Below the pieces are notes generated by a model. The model saw only the letters and a list, made by a program, of their open reading frames with translations, was not told the origin of the DNA and ran no database searches. From an uncultured Candidatus Saccharibacteria bacterium (GTDB lineage: Bacteria > Patescibacteriota > CPR2 > UBA1875 > CAIMLA01): a DNA stretch of 64,000 nt. Shown piece after piece: positions 48,687 through 56,885 of the stretch (position 1 is its first letter; each line of letters begins with the position of its first letter). The position numbers and the translations under genes are program-made. Where the stretch lies: contig CAZQLQ010000001.1 in assembly GCA_964594415.1 (NCBI GenBank), positions 159,265-223,264 of the forward strand, given 5' to 3'.

Positions 48687-48779
48687 ATGGTAAAAATAGG
48701 ACTTATTGTCATTGTACTAATAATAATCATCGGTGGAGCTTACGCATCATATTATATGAGCCAGAAGAAGGATAAGTAA
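48687..48779 (+). CDS. 30-aa single-TM peptide
   Basis: AAGGAGG RBS with ATG: MVKIGLIVIVLIIIIGGAYASYYMSQKKDK. Confidence 0.6.
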   Translation: MVKIGLIVIVLIIIIGGAYASYYMSQKKDK

Positions 48780-48787
48780 TTTCTTCT

Positions 48788-49215
48788 GTTCCTTTTTCTT
48801 GATAAAAAGGAACACAAAAATCAAGAAAAACTGAACTCTTTTTAAAAAAATTACCCCTCTTTCAATATATTAAAGGAACTAGATCCCTGGAATGGCGCCA
48901 GGGATGACATCGGTATGAGGTAATTTTTTTAAAATGTCGGGCTACCGAGCCGAGCAGTTTTTCGGAGGGGGATCCTCTGTCATCCTCGACTAGTCAATTG
49001 AAAAATATAATCAGTTGATCGGGGATCTAGATTCCCGCTTTCGCGGGAATGACAATATTTCCCCCTGTCATTCTGTCCGACGACTCCGATGAGTTCGTGT
49101 CGGACTCCGTCGGAGAGCGTAGTCGAAGAATCTCGTCCGCCTGTTGTCATTCCTAGTCGCAAGCTAGGAATCCATTCTTTATATAGATCCCTGGGTTGGC
49201 GCCAGGGATGACAAA
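48788..49215. repeat. Palindromic repeat cluster including a long element also present at 62077-62230
   Basis: caaaaatcaagaaaaactgaactc...gtcgggctaccgagccga.cagtttttcgg; attcccgctttcgcgggaatgac; third 70-nt element at 49066-49135. Confidence 0.9.
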
Positions 49216-49233
49216 TTGTACTATAATACCTAC

Positions 49234-49773
49234 ATGACCACATACAAAATCCACATTTTTGAAATAGACAAGGGCAGTGGGAAGCTGTATATAAATTTCA
49301 GCACGAAGGGCGAAACGGAATGCTTCGCGAAGTTTAAAAAGAAAGTAAAAAAGGGCAATAATCCGATATCTCTAACCAAATCCCTTGGGACTTCAGAAGC
49401 ATTCCCGAAACAGAAAGAAGCAATAATCGCAATCGACGAGCTGATCAATGAGCTGGAGAAAAAGGGCTTCGAGGTAATAGCAGGGCCACCGTTTCAGAAT
49501 AAGTATTATCAAATATACGTAATAGAGCTAAACAACTACCCACATACGGTTTATGTCGGGCAGACGAAATATTTCCCGGAGATTAGACTCGCACAACACC
49601 AGATAGGGTACAATTCGGCGAGTGTAGTCCGAAGGGCAGAAAGTGCAAAACTTCGCCCGGATCTCTTCGTCCATATCGAGGAGGCCAAAACGAAAGAAGA
49701 GGCGCTGTATCTAGAGTCAGAAGTCGCAGAATATCTCAAATGGAAAGGGTATAAGGTTTACGGCGGCCACTAA
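49234..49773 (+). CDS. GIY-YIG nuclease family protein
   Basis: YQIYVIEL...VYVGQT....RL.QH..G, EA..LE, GYKVYGGH. Confidence 0.8.
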   Translation: MTTYKIHIFEIDKGSGKLYINFSTKGETECFAKFKKKVKKGNNPISLTKSLGTSEAFPKQKEAIIAIDELINELEKKGFEVIAGPPFQNKYYQIYVIELNNYPHTVYVGQTKYFPEIRLAQHQIGYNSASVVRRAESAKLRPDLFVHIEEAKTKEEALYLESEVAEYLKWKGYKVYGGH

Positions 49774-49927
49774 TATTGTATAAATATTTTATACAATATT
49801 TGCAATTGTGCAAAATTATCGAATTTTTGTGCATAAATAATCGCTCTGTATAGACAAAAAATCAAAATAAAAAGGCTTTATTTTCAAATTTACAAGAGTA
49901 TAATATGGTTAGTAATGAAGGACTTGT

Positions 49928-50278
49928 ATGGACAAAATAGAAGATTTACAGCAAAAAGTTGCAAAATTTAGAGATGACAGAGATTGGCAGCAATTTCATA
50001 ATCCTAAAGACTTAGCGATTGCGATATCTATTGAGGCGTCTGAATTACTAGAATGCTTTAGATGGAAGTCTATAAAAGAAGTTGAAGAATTTATGAAATC
50101 TGAAAAGTCTACCAGCGTGGAAGAGGAAATGGCGGACGTTCTTATTTTGCTCTTAAATCTGGCCGATACAACTGGGATTGATGTCGTAAAAGCGGCAAAC
50201 GATAAACTAGATGCAAATAATAAAAAATACCCTGTAGAAAAATCTAAGGGTAGCGCTAAGAAGTATACGGAGCTTTAA
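49928..50278 (+). CDS. MazG-like nucleotide pyrophosphohydrolase
   Basis: F...RDW.QFH.PKDLA..I.IEA.ELLE.F.W, EE.ADV, K...N..KYP. Confidence 0.92.
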   Translation: MDKIEDLQQKVAKFRDDRDWQQFHNPKDLAIAISIEASELLECFRWKSIKEVEEFMKSEKSTSVEEEMADVLILLLNLADTTGIDVVKAANDKLDANNKKYPVEKSKGSAKKYTEL

Positions 50279-52146
50279 TGAGATTATATGAGGCATCGCT
50301 GGCTGATTTTAATAGGGACATAACTTATAATAAAATTACTGATATTCTAACTGAAGCATTTAGTTTTTTTTATAAAAAAGAACCCACAATTGGCGAAAAA
50401 CTATCTTGGACAAATTCTTTGAGACAGGTAAGGGACGTTCTTACTGAAGCCAAATTAACAGACAATTACATAGCGATTGAAACTGAGGTGCCCTATACCT
50501 CAAGAAGAATAGATGTACTTTTGTTTGGTAGGAATCAACAAAAAGGCGATAACATCGTTCTTATTGAGCTTAAACAATGGGATAATTCTGGAGTGTTGGA
50601 TTCAGAAATAGATGGTAATGTTTATGTAAAATACAGAAACGGCTTCAGCGAAGAGCCTCATCCTAGTTTGAAAGTAGAGGGATATCATTATGGATTGATT
50701 GACAATTACTCAATTTTTGAAGAACAGCCGCCTGTAAGTTTAGTTTCTTGCGTATTTTGTCATAATTATTCAAGGACGGCAGCAAGTCAAGTCTTGTTCA
50801 ATAACAAATTTTCTGAATATACAGAAAAATACCCGGTTTTTACAAAAGAGCAGGTTCAGGAACTGGGGAATTACTTAACACTGAGGTTAGCCGGAGGCGC
50901 TGGACTAGAAGTCTTTAATAGATTTATAACGAGTAATATAAGGCCATCCAAGAAACTACTTGATCACACTTCAGATATGATTCACAAGCAGCAAATATTT
51001 AATCTTATTGATGATCAAATTACTGCATATAATGCCATTAGGTCAGTATCTAATAAGCTGGCAAAATTAGATGAAAAGTCAGTTTTTATTATAAAAGGTG
51101 GCCCAGGAACAGGGAAATCTGTTATTGCTTTGGAGGTTTTGGGCGAATTACTAAGGAAAGGTTTTAACGCTTTTTATTTAACTGGCTCAAAGTCATTTAC
51201 TGAGACTCTGAGGAAAATTGTGGGCGTAAGAGCGAAAGACAGAATTAAATATTTTAATAGTTACAGAGATTATAAGGGCCCGCAAATTGATGTGTTTGTT
51301 TGTGACGAGGCTCATCGCATTAGAGAAAAAAGCAAAAAGATGTTTGATAGAAATGAGATTATTGACCAGTTACCTCCTCAAATAGATGAGATCTTGAAAG
51401 CAAGTAAAATGTCTATCTTTTTGATAGACGAAAAACAAACAGTTCGACCGGATGAAGTTGGAAGTGTTAGTATGATCAAAGAGGCCGCGATTAGAAATGG
51501 AGTTCTGCAGAAGAATATAAGGGAATACGAATTAACGACCCAATTTAGATGTAATGGGTCTGATTCTTATATTCAATGGCTAGACAATACTCTGCAGCTA
51601 GCAGATACTGATAAAGTTACTTTAGAGAAAAGTGATAAATATGATTTTAAAATTTTTTATACACCCCAATTGCTTAAAAGTGCTATTGAAGAAAAAAACA
51701 AGATAAAAGAAAATTCTTCACGTCTCGTAGCGGGTTTTTGTTGGCCATGGAGCGAACCGCTTGAGGACGGCTCCTTGGTTGATGATGTTATCATTGGCGA
51801 TTTTAAGATGCCCTGGGAAGATAAGAGAAATTTTTGGAAATGGGCCACAGACAAAAGCGGCATGGAACAGGTTGGAACAGTATACACCTCCCAAGGTTTT
51901 GAATTTGACTATATAGGTGTTATCTTTGGTCCAGACTTAACTTATAATAACAAAACAAAAAATTGGGAAGCACACCCAGATCTTTCTCACGATTCTATGT
52001 TAATAAGAAATAACGACAAAATAAAAGAACATCTGAAAAATGTTTACAGAGTTTTAATGTCTAGGGGAATGAAGGGTTGTTATGTGTATTTTATGGATAA
52101 AGAAACTGAAAAATATTTTCGTGATAGGTTGAATCTAGCCGAATAG
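50278..52146 (+). CDS. DUF2075 (Schlafen-group-3-like) helicase with N-terminal PD-(D/E)xK-like domain
   Basis: RIDVLL...LIELKQW; GGPGTGKS; DEAHR; QFRC.G; AGFCW.W; QGFEFDY.GV; N.YRVL.SRG.KG. Confidence 0.9.
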   Translation: MRLYEASLADFNRDITYNKITDILTEAFSFFYKKEPTIGEKLSWTNSLRQVRDVLTEAKLTDNYIAIETEVPYTSRRIDVLLFGRNQQKGDNIVLIELKQWDNSGVLDSEIDGNVYVKYRNGFSEEPHPSLKVEGYHYGLIDNYSIFEEQPPVSLVSCVFCHNYSRTAASQVLFNNKFSEYTEKYPVFTKEQVQELGNYLTLRLAGGAGLEVFNRFITSNIRPSKKLLDHTSDMIHKQQIFNLIDDQITAYNAIRSVSNKLAKLDEKSVFIIKGGPGTGKSVIALEVLGELLRKGFNAFYLTGSKSFTETLRKIVGVRAKDRIKYFNSYRDYKGPQIDVFVCDEAHRIREKSKKMFDRNEIIDQLPPQIDEILKASKMSIFLIDEKQTVRPDEVGSVSMIKEAAIRNGVLQKNIREYELTTQFRCNGSDSYIQWLDNTLQLADTDKVTLEKSDKYDFKIFYTPQLLKSAIEEKNKIKENSSRLVAGFCWPWSEPLEDGSLVDDVIIGDFKMPWEDKRNFWKWATDKSGMEQVGTVYTSQGFEFDYIGVIFGPDLTYNNKTKNWEAHPDLSHDSMLIRNNDKIKEHLKNVYRVLMSRGMKGCYVYFMDKETEKYFRDRLNLAE

Positions 52147-52152
52147 AGTAAA

Positions 52153-52839
52153 ATGAAAGATATTTTAAAATATACAGAATTAACATCGAAAGAAAACTTG
52201 CCACTTCAAAAAGGTATGAATTTCAGGCCTTCTGGAAAGTCGTATTCTATTTTGTTGATGTCGGTAAGAAAAAATTCTCCGTATAACGACGGATTTGATG
52301 AAAATAATAATCTTGTTTATGAAGGGCATGATGTTTCAAAAAGACAAGGTATTGATCCTAAAAAATTAGACCAGCCAATGTTTAATTTAACAGGAACACT
52401 TACTGATAATGGTAAATTTTATAAAGCAGCAGAGGATTACAAACTATCTAGAAAAAATAAAGAAAAAATTCAGGTTTATGAAAAAATAAATGATGGAATG
52501 TGGTCTGATAAGGGCATGTATTATTTAATTGATGCAAGAACGGAGTTTTCGGAGACAGAGAAAAGAAAAGTCTTTAAGTTTGTCTTATCCCCAATCGAAT
52601 CATATTCTACTGATATAGAGGAAATAGTTGAAGACTTTGAATTTTCCCGTAGAATTCCAACTGTTATTAAGCAGAAAGTGTGGCAAAGAGATAATGGCAA
52701 GTGTGTAGAATGCGGTTCAAAAGATGATTTGCACTTTGATCACATCATCCCATTTTCTAAAGGAGGGTCTAGTTTAACTGAAAGTAATGTTCAGATTTTG
52801 TGCAGAAAATGTAATTTAAAAAAATCAGCAAAAATTTAG
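52153..52839 (+). CDS. HNH endonuclease with SRA/YDG-like N-terminal domain
   Basis: VWQRD.G.C..CG....LHFDHIIP.SKGG....N.Q.LC..CN..K; N-terminal PY.D...L.YEG.D...DQ.....N pattern. Confidence 0.85.
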   Translation: MKDILKYTELTSKENLPLQKGMNFRPSGKSYSILLMSVRKNSPYNDGFDENNNLVYEGHDVSKRQGIDPKKLDQPMFNLTGTLTDNGKFYKAAEDYKLSRKNKEKIQVYEKINDGMWSDKGMYYLIDARTEFSETEKRKVFKFVLSPIESYSTDIEEIVEDFEFSRRIPTVIKQKVWQRDNGKCVECGSKDDLHFDHIIPFSKGGSSLTESNVQILCRKCNLKKSAKI

Positions 52840-52991
52840 TTATTAATCAGAATTAGGTAAAAATGGCACTGGAAAAAAAATCAGTCAAATAATGAGTTTA
52901 CATCTGTCCTTGCGGGGGTGGCAGGGGAGTATTTTAAGAGTAGATTAAAACCATCTTGTTTGCTATAATAACGAAAATATGAGGAAATCAG

Positions 52992-53987
52992 ATGACTACT
53001 AATCGAATAACCGACTTAATAACTGAGCTTGAAGAAGATAGAAAATCTAAGGTTATAGTTTACTTTACTAGTGACAAGCAACCAAACGAACATTTTGGAA
53101 CCCAAGTACATCCTGAGCAGCTTGTTTATTTTCGTAAAATCTTAGAAGAAATAAAAAAAACGGAAAGAATAACTCTGGTTTTGGATACTAGAGGAGGTGC
53201 AATAGATATGCCTTGGCCCCTAGTTAATTTGATTAGAGAATATTGTAAAAAATTTGAAGTAATTATTCTAGAAAAGGCACTTAGTGCTGGAACATTGATA
53301 GCCTTAGGTGCAGATAAAATTGTCATGCAACCATTTTCACATTTAAGCCCTGTTGATCCCGCCACCTTTATCCCAGATGGTAATTCAAGTATTCTAAAGA
53401 AACTCGAAATAGAAGACATAATAGGTTTTATAGATTTTGCTAAGGAAAAAGTTGGCATTGCAGAACAGTCTTCGTTAACAGAAGTTATGAAAGAGCTAAC
53501 TAAGGAAGTTCGTCCGACGTTATTGGGTTCAGTAAATAGAACATACGCACTGATTAGAAAACTTGCTAGACAGCTCCTGTCTTTGCATAATGGAAAATTA
53601 ACGGAAAAACAAGTAAACGAGATTACCGAGCATTTGACACAGAAGCTTTATTCTCATAGTTATTTAATAAATAGGAAAGAAGCAAAAGAAATTATCGGCT
53701 TTGGCAATATTATTGAAAATTCTTCGGAAAATACGAAAAGGATTTCAAAGGATATAATGGATTATTATAGAGAAGTCATGGAAATTGAAAAAGATTTTGA
53801 CCCATTATATTTACTCTCCGAAAAAGAAACAGTTGACTGCAAGGTAGTCGGGGCAGCCATACATAGCAATACAATGAGATATTCCTTCAGCCATAAGATT
53901 AGGCTTACAAAAATCCCAGATCCGGCTGGTAGGCTAAATATTAATTTCGAGATACTAGAAAGAAAGTGGTCGGAAGAGAAAATTTAA
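52992..53987 (+). CDS. SDH/ClpP-like serine protease (SDH_sah family)
   Basis: L.T.GG, A.SAGTLIALGAD.I.M...LSPVDP, SH...I...EA. Confidence 0.85.
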   Translation: MTTNRITDLITELEEDRKSKVIVYFTSDKQPNEHFGTQVHPEQLVYFRKILEEIKKTERITLVLDTRGGAIDMPWPLVNLIREYCKKFEVIILEKALSAGTLIALGADKIVMQPFSHLSPVDPATFIPDGNSSILKKLEIEDIIGFIDFAKEKVGIAEQSSLTEVMKELTKEVRPTLLGSVNRTYALIRKLARQLLSLHNGKLTEKQVNEITEHLTQKLYSHSYLINRKEAKEIIGFGNIIENSSENTKRISKDIMDYYREVMEIEKDFDPLYLLSEKETVDCKVVGAAIHSNTMRYSFSHKIRLTKIPDPAGRLNINFEILERKWSEEKI

Positions 53988-53996
53988 GGAGAAGTT

Positions 53997-54212
53997 ATGT
54001 TGAATACTTGTAACACGGTGTGTACGTCTAATAACAAAATTGTTAATTTTGAAAACTTAACTGCCAGGGGTGGCAATGTCCCAAAGTATAAAGTAGTCGA
54101 ACATTACACTATAAATAAGTCAAGTGTATTGATTCAACATTATGATGAGGATTCAGACCAAAATATTGACTCAAAGATTAATAGAAAGTTTTTTGAAACA
54201 AGAAATGTTTAA
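53997..54212 (+). CDS. Small hypothetical protein
   Basis: AAGGAG RBS with ATG; sits tightly between neighbours. Confidence 0.6.
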   Translation: MLNTCNTVCTSNNKIVNFENLTARGGNVPKYKVVEHYTINKSSVLIQHYDEDSDQNIDSKINRKFFETRNV

Positions 54213-54215
54213 TAT

Positions 54216-54710
54216 ATGTACATTCCCAGTCACGAACTAGATAGAGGTAAATTTTATCAAGGGGATGTCGTAAAAGATTTCCCCTTTTTTGTATTGTCCA
54301 ACTTAGAAGATCAATTATCTATATTAACAAATACAAGAGAGGGTACGCTAGAAATTAAATCTAAACTTATAGATGTTATGATTCTTTCGCAAACTTGTGA
54401 TATACAAAGAAGAGACCAGATTATTATTGCTCCAATAGTCCCAATGCAACCGAGTATTGATAATGGTGACCTCGGAGTAAATATTTTGAACAATATTAAA
54501 AACCGTAAGATAAACTACTTGTTTTATTTACCGGAAAGTCCCGGAATAATTCCTGATTCATACTGTAATTTTCAGTTGATCTATTATGTTTCGCCCTTAT
54601 TATTAAATAATTTTATCAACAACAAAATTACATCTTTAAGTGATTGGGGTAGGCATCACCTTAGTTGGTCTCTTAGTAACTATTTTGGAAGACCAATTTT
54701 AAGTAAATGA
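54216..54710 (+). CDS. Conserved hypothetical protein (QGD...SQTCD type)
   Basis: YQGDVV, MILSQTCDI, FYLP, SL...R..L...L..YF.RP. Confidence 0.75.
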   Translation: MYIPSHELDRGKFYQGDVVKDFPFFVLSNLEDQLSILTNTREGTLEIKSKLIDVMILSQTCDIQRRDQIIIAPIVPMQPSIDNGDLGVNILNNIKNRKINYLFYLPESPGIIPDSYCNFQLIYYVSPLLLNNFINNKITSLSDWGRHHLSWSLSNYFGRPILSK

Positions 54711-54765
54711 CGAATACCAAATAATAAGCGACTTTTTGAGAAATAAATATTTTAAAAACATAAAG

Positions 54766-55083
54766 ATGTATATAATGCGACTTCAAAAATCTAATTTAGA
54801 AAAAGCGGAAGCTTTTGTGGAGTCGGTTGAGTGGATATTTGCTAAGACTTATGCAAAGACGGCTCCGCATGAATATATAGTGAAGAGATATCTGCCCAAA
54901 GAAAAGTGGGACGAATTTTTGTGGTTTGCCCGGCTTATCAGAGAAGAAGGGTATGATGGGAAATTTTATGACCATACCTATAGATACCTGGACATCGATG
55001 GTAAGAAATATTGGACTATGGATGAGGATGTCGAAATGACTGAGCTGATAAATAGGTGTGATGTCGGGGATGAGTATGAATAA
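54766..55083 (+). CDS. Conserved hypothetical protein
   Basis: WIFAKTYA..APHEY, Y..IDG.KYWTM, LINR; start uncertain. Confidence 0.7.
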   Translation: MYIMRLQKSNLEKAEAFVESVEWIFAKTYAKTAPHEYIVKRYLPKEKWDEFLWFARLIREEGYDGKFYDHTYRYLDIDGKKYWTMDEDVEMTELINRCDVGDEYE

Positions 55084-55522
55084 TTTAACTAAAGAAATTT
55101 TTGATGCGATAAAAAACGGAAAAAATGTTTTTCTTGTTGGGGCTACGGATAGCGGTAAAAGCTGGTTTTTACAAAATGAGATTATCCCTTTTCTAAGGGA
55201 AAATAATTATAAGGTTTGTTATCTTGAGGATAGTCTAGCCGATAGTCATATTTCAGAAAACTGCGATATTGTTATCGCCGATGAATATGAAACATTTGTC
55301 GATAAAGACTTTCTAGAAAAAAGACACCCCGAAGAAGTCCCATACTACTCTGGTTCATATATAAAACAGGTCAATAATTGTCAGAAAACATTAGGAAACG
55401 CAAGGTTTCCTGTAGTTTTTGTTATAACAAGAAATGAAGACGTGGAAATCGATTATCTAGTGAATAAGATAAGTGAGGAATATTCAGATTCTTTGGTTGC
55501 CCTGAAGATGACTAGGAAATAG
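55070..55522 (+). CDS. Small P-loop NTPase-like protein
   Basis: LVGATDSGKS Walker A; IVIADE Walker B. Confidence 0.7.
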   Translation: MSMNNLTKEIFDAIKNGKNVFLVGATDSGKSWFLQNEIIPFLRENNYKVCYLEDSLADSHISENCDIVIADEYETFVDKDFLEKRHPEEVPYYSGSYIKQVNNCQKTLGNARFPVVFVITRNEDVEIDYLVNKISEEYSDSLVALKMTRK

Positions 55523-55621
55523 ATCCCAGGGTTTCCTCTAGAAGCGGACAAGTGCGACCAGGAATGACACAAATTCGTCAGGGATGATATACTCTATATT
55601 AGAGTTAATTGGAGGGAAAAT

Positions 55622-55897
55622 ATGAAAAAAATAATAAGAATTTTTTCAATTTGCTTAGTGGTAACTTATCTTTTAGTGATTTCTTATCAAGCGTTTATTT
55701 GGCAACGTTATAAAACCCCAACTTTTATGAGCGATAGAGTGTTTTGTGATCTTGAAAGTAAACAAATACCTCCCACAAATACAGTATACGAAAAGGTATT
55801 TGGCAAAGCCTGTACTTGTTGTGGAGCGCCTACGCCCTTAACTTTGGCTGATGGAGTAAGGGGCTTTACTCAATTAATTTTTCTTGATTTTGAATAA
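55622..55897 (+). CDS. Small exported or membrane hypothetical protein
   Basis: GGAGG RBS, N-terminal hydrophobic segment, CTCC. Confidence 0.6.
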   Translation: MKKIIRIFSICLVVTYLLVISYQAFIWQRYKTPTFMSDRVFCDLESKQIPPTNTVYEKVFGKACTCCGAPTPLTLADGVRGFTQLIFLDFE

Positions 55898-55974
55898 AAT
55901 TAGTTTCAAGATCGTTTCTTCTAATAAATAGGTATGATGACGGGGATGAGTATGAGTGGGGGATAGGGAATGAG

Positions 55975-56080
55975 ATTCTTCCCGCCCCTTTCAGGTTCGG
56001 GCAGACGTCAGGCTCCCTTCGACTAACGCTCTCCGACGGAGTCCGACACGAACTCATCGGAGTCGTCGGACAGAATGACA
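55975..56080 (-). repeat. Inverted copy of the 70-nt nested palindrome plus gcccgaacc element
   Basis: cttcgactaacgctctccgacggagtccgacacgaactcatcggagtcgtcggacagaatgaca. Confidence 0.9.
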
Positions 56081-56093
56081 AAAAGGAATAAAT

Positions 56094-56585
56094 ATGAATG
56101 AGAATTACATAAATGAATTAGAAGAATACATGATTTCGGTGTTGAAGGCTGGGAATAAGGGTAAGCCTCTTTCGATGCTCGCAAAATACAATTGCAGTGA
56201 GGTTTCGAGGCTCGTCGGTCTGAAGGTTCTTGAGTATCTAGGTGAAGATAGTAAGCCGTTTATACTAAAGGGTGAGGTGACTAAGAACGGAATAGATAAG
56301 GATAATATCCATGACATTTTAGGCTTTCTTGACGTTGATTCCTCAAAGTTCGTTCTTATTGATCCGACTATCTGGCAATTCTTCCCGGAAAGTGAAGAAA
56401 TTTTCTTGGGCGAATTTGAAGCGCTTGATGATGCAATTGCTTTCTGTGCTGATTTCTATGAAGGGGAGTGGAACTTTTCGGAATATGTAGACAAAGAGAG
56501 TGAAGACGTAAATGAGATGATGAAAATCATTAAGATGAATTGTGGCCAAGCCTCTGATTGGGAGAGAGATACAACCCAGGATTAG
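56094..56585 (+). CDS. Hypothetical protein, possible papain/transglutaminase-like fold
   Basis: NC.E.S ... HD ... LIDPT.WQF ordering of Cys, His, Asp. Confidence 0.6.
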   Translation: MNENYINELEEYMISVLKAGNKGKPLSMLAKYNCSEVSRLVGLKVLEYLGEDSKPFILKGEVTKNGIDKDNIHDILGFLDVDSSKFVLIDPTIWQFFPESEEIFLGEFEALDDAIAFCADFYEGEWNFSEYVDKESEDVNEMMKIIKMNCGQASDWERDTTQD

Positions 56586-56591
56586 TAGGGG

Positions 56592-56810
56592 ATGTATTGT
56601 TCGAGCTAAGGGAGAACTATTTATATTTAGGACTTCTCTCTGCGCTCGAAGAATAAAAATAGGGGAGGGGGCTAGATTCCAAACATCCTTCTTCGCCAAG
56701 GCTACGAAAGGACAAGTACGATTTGGAATGACACAGGGGAGTGAGGATTAGATTGCCGCGCTTCCAACTTCGCTAAAGCTTCGCTAGACAAGTCGCTCGC
56801 AATGACGATG
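56592..56810. repeat. Palindromic repeat cluster
   Basis: tattgttcga...tcgaagaata; gattccaaac..ttggaatgaca; gattgccgcg..cgcaatgac. Confidence 0.8.
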
Positions 56811-56885
56811 AGGCGTGCAAGCAGGGGAATCGGGATTAATACAAAAAAATTTGGCCGGCTTTCATAACGCTTTTGTATATATACG

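Noticed and set aside
47115-49243. Short ORFs 47115-47357, 47192-47374, 47242-47424, 47987-48190, 48024-48242, 48980-49243 (and 55866-56081)
   Set aside because: They are translations of the palindromic repeats, sharing repeat-derived peptides, without RBS support
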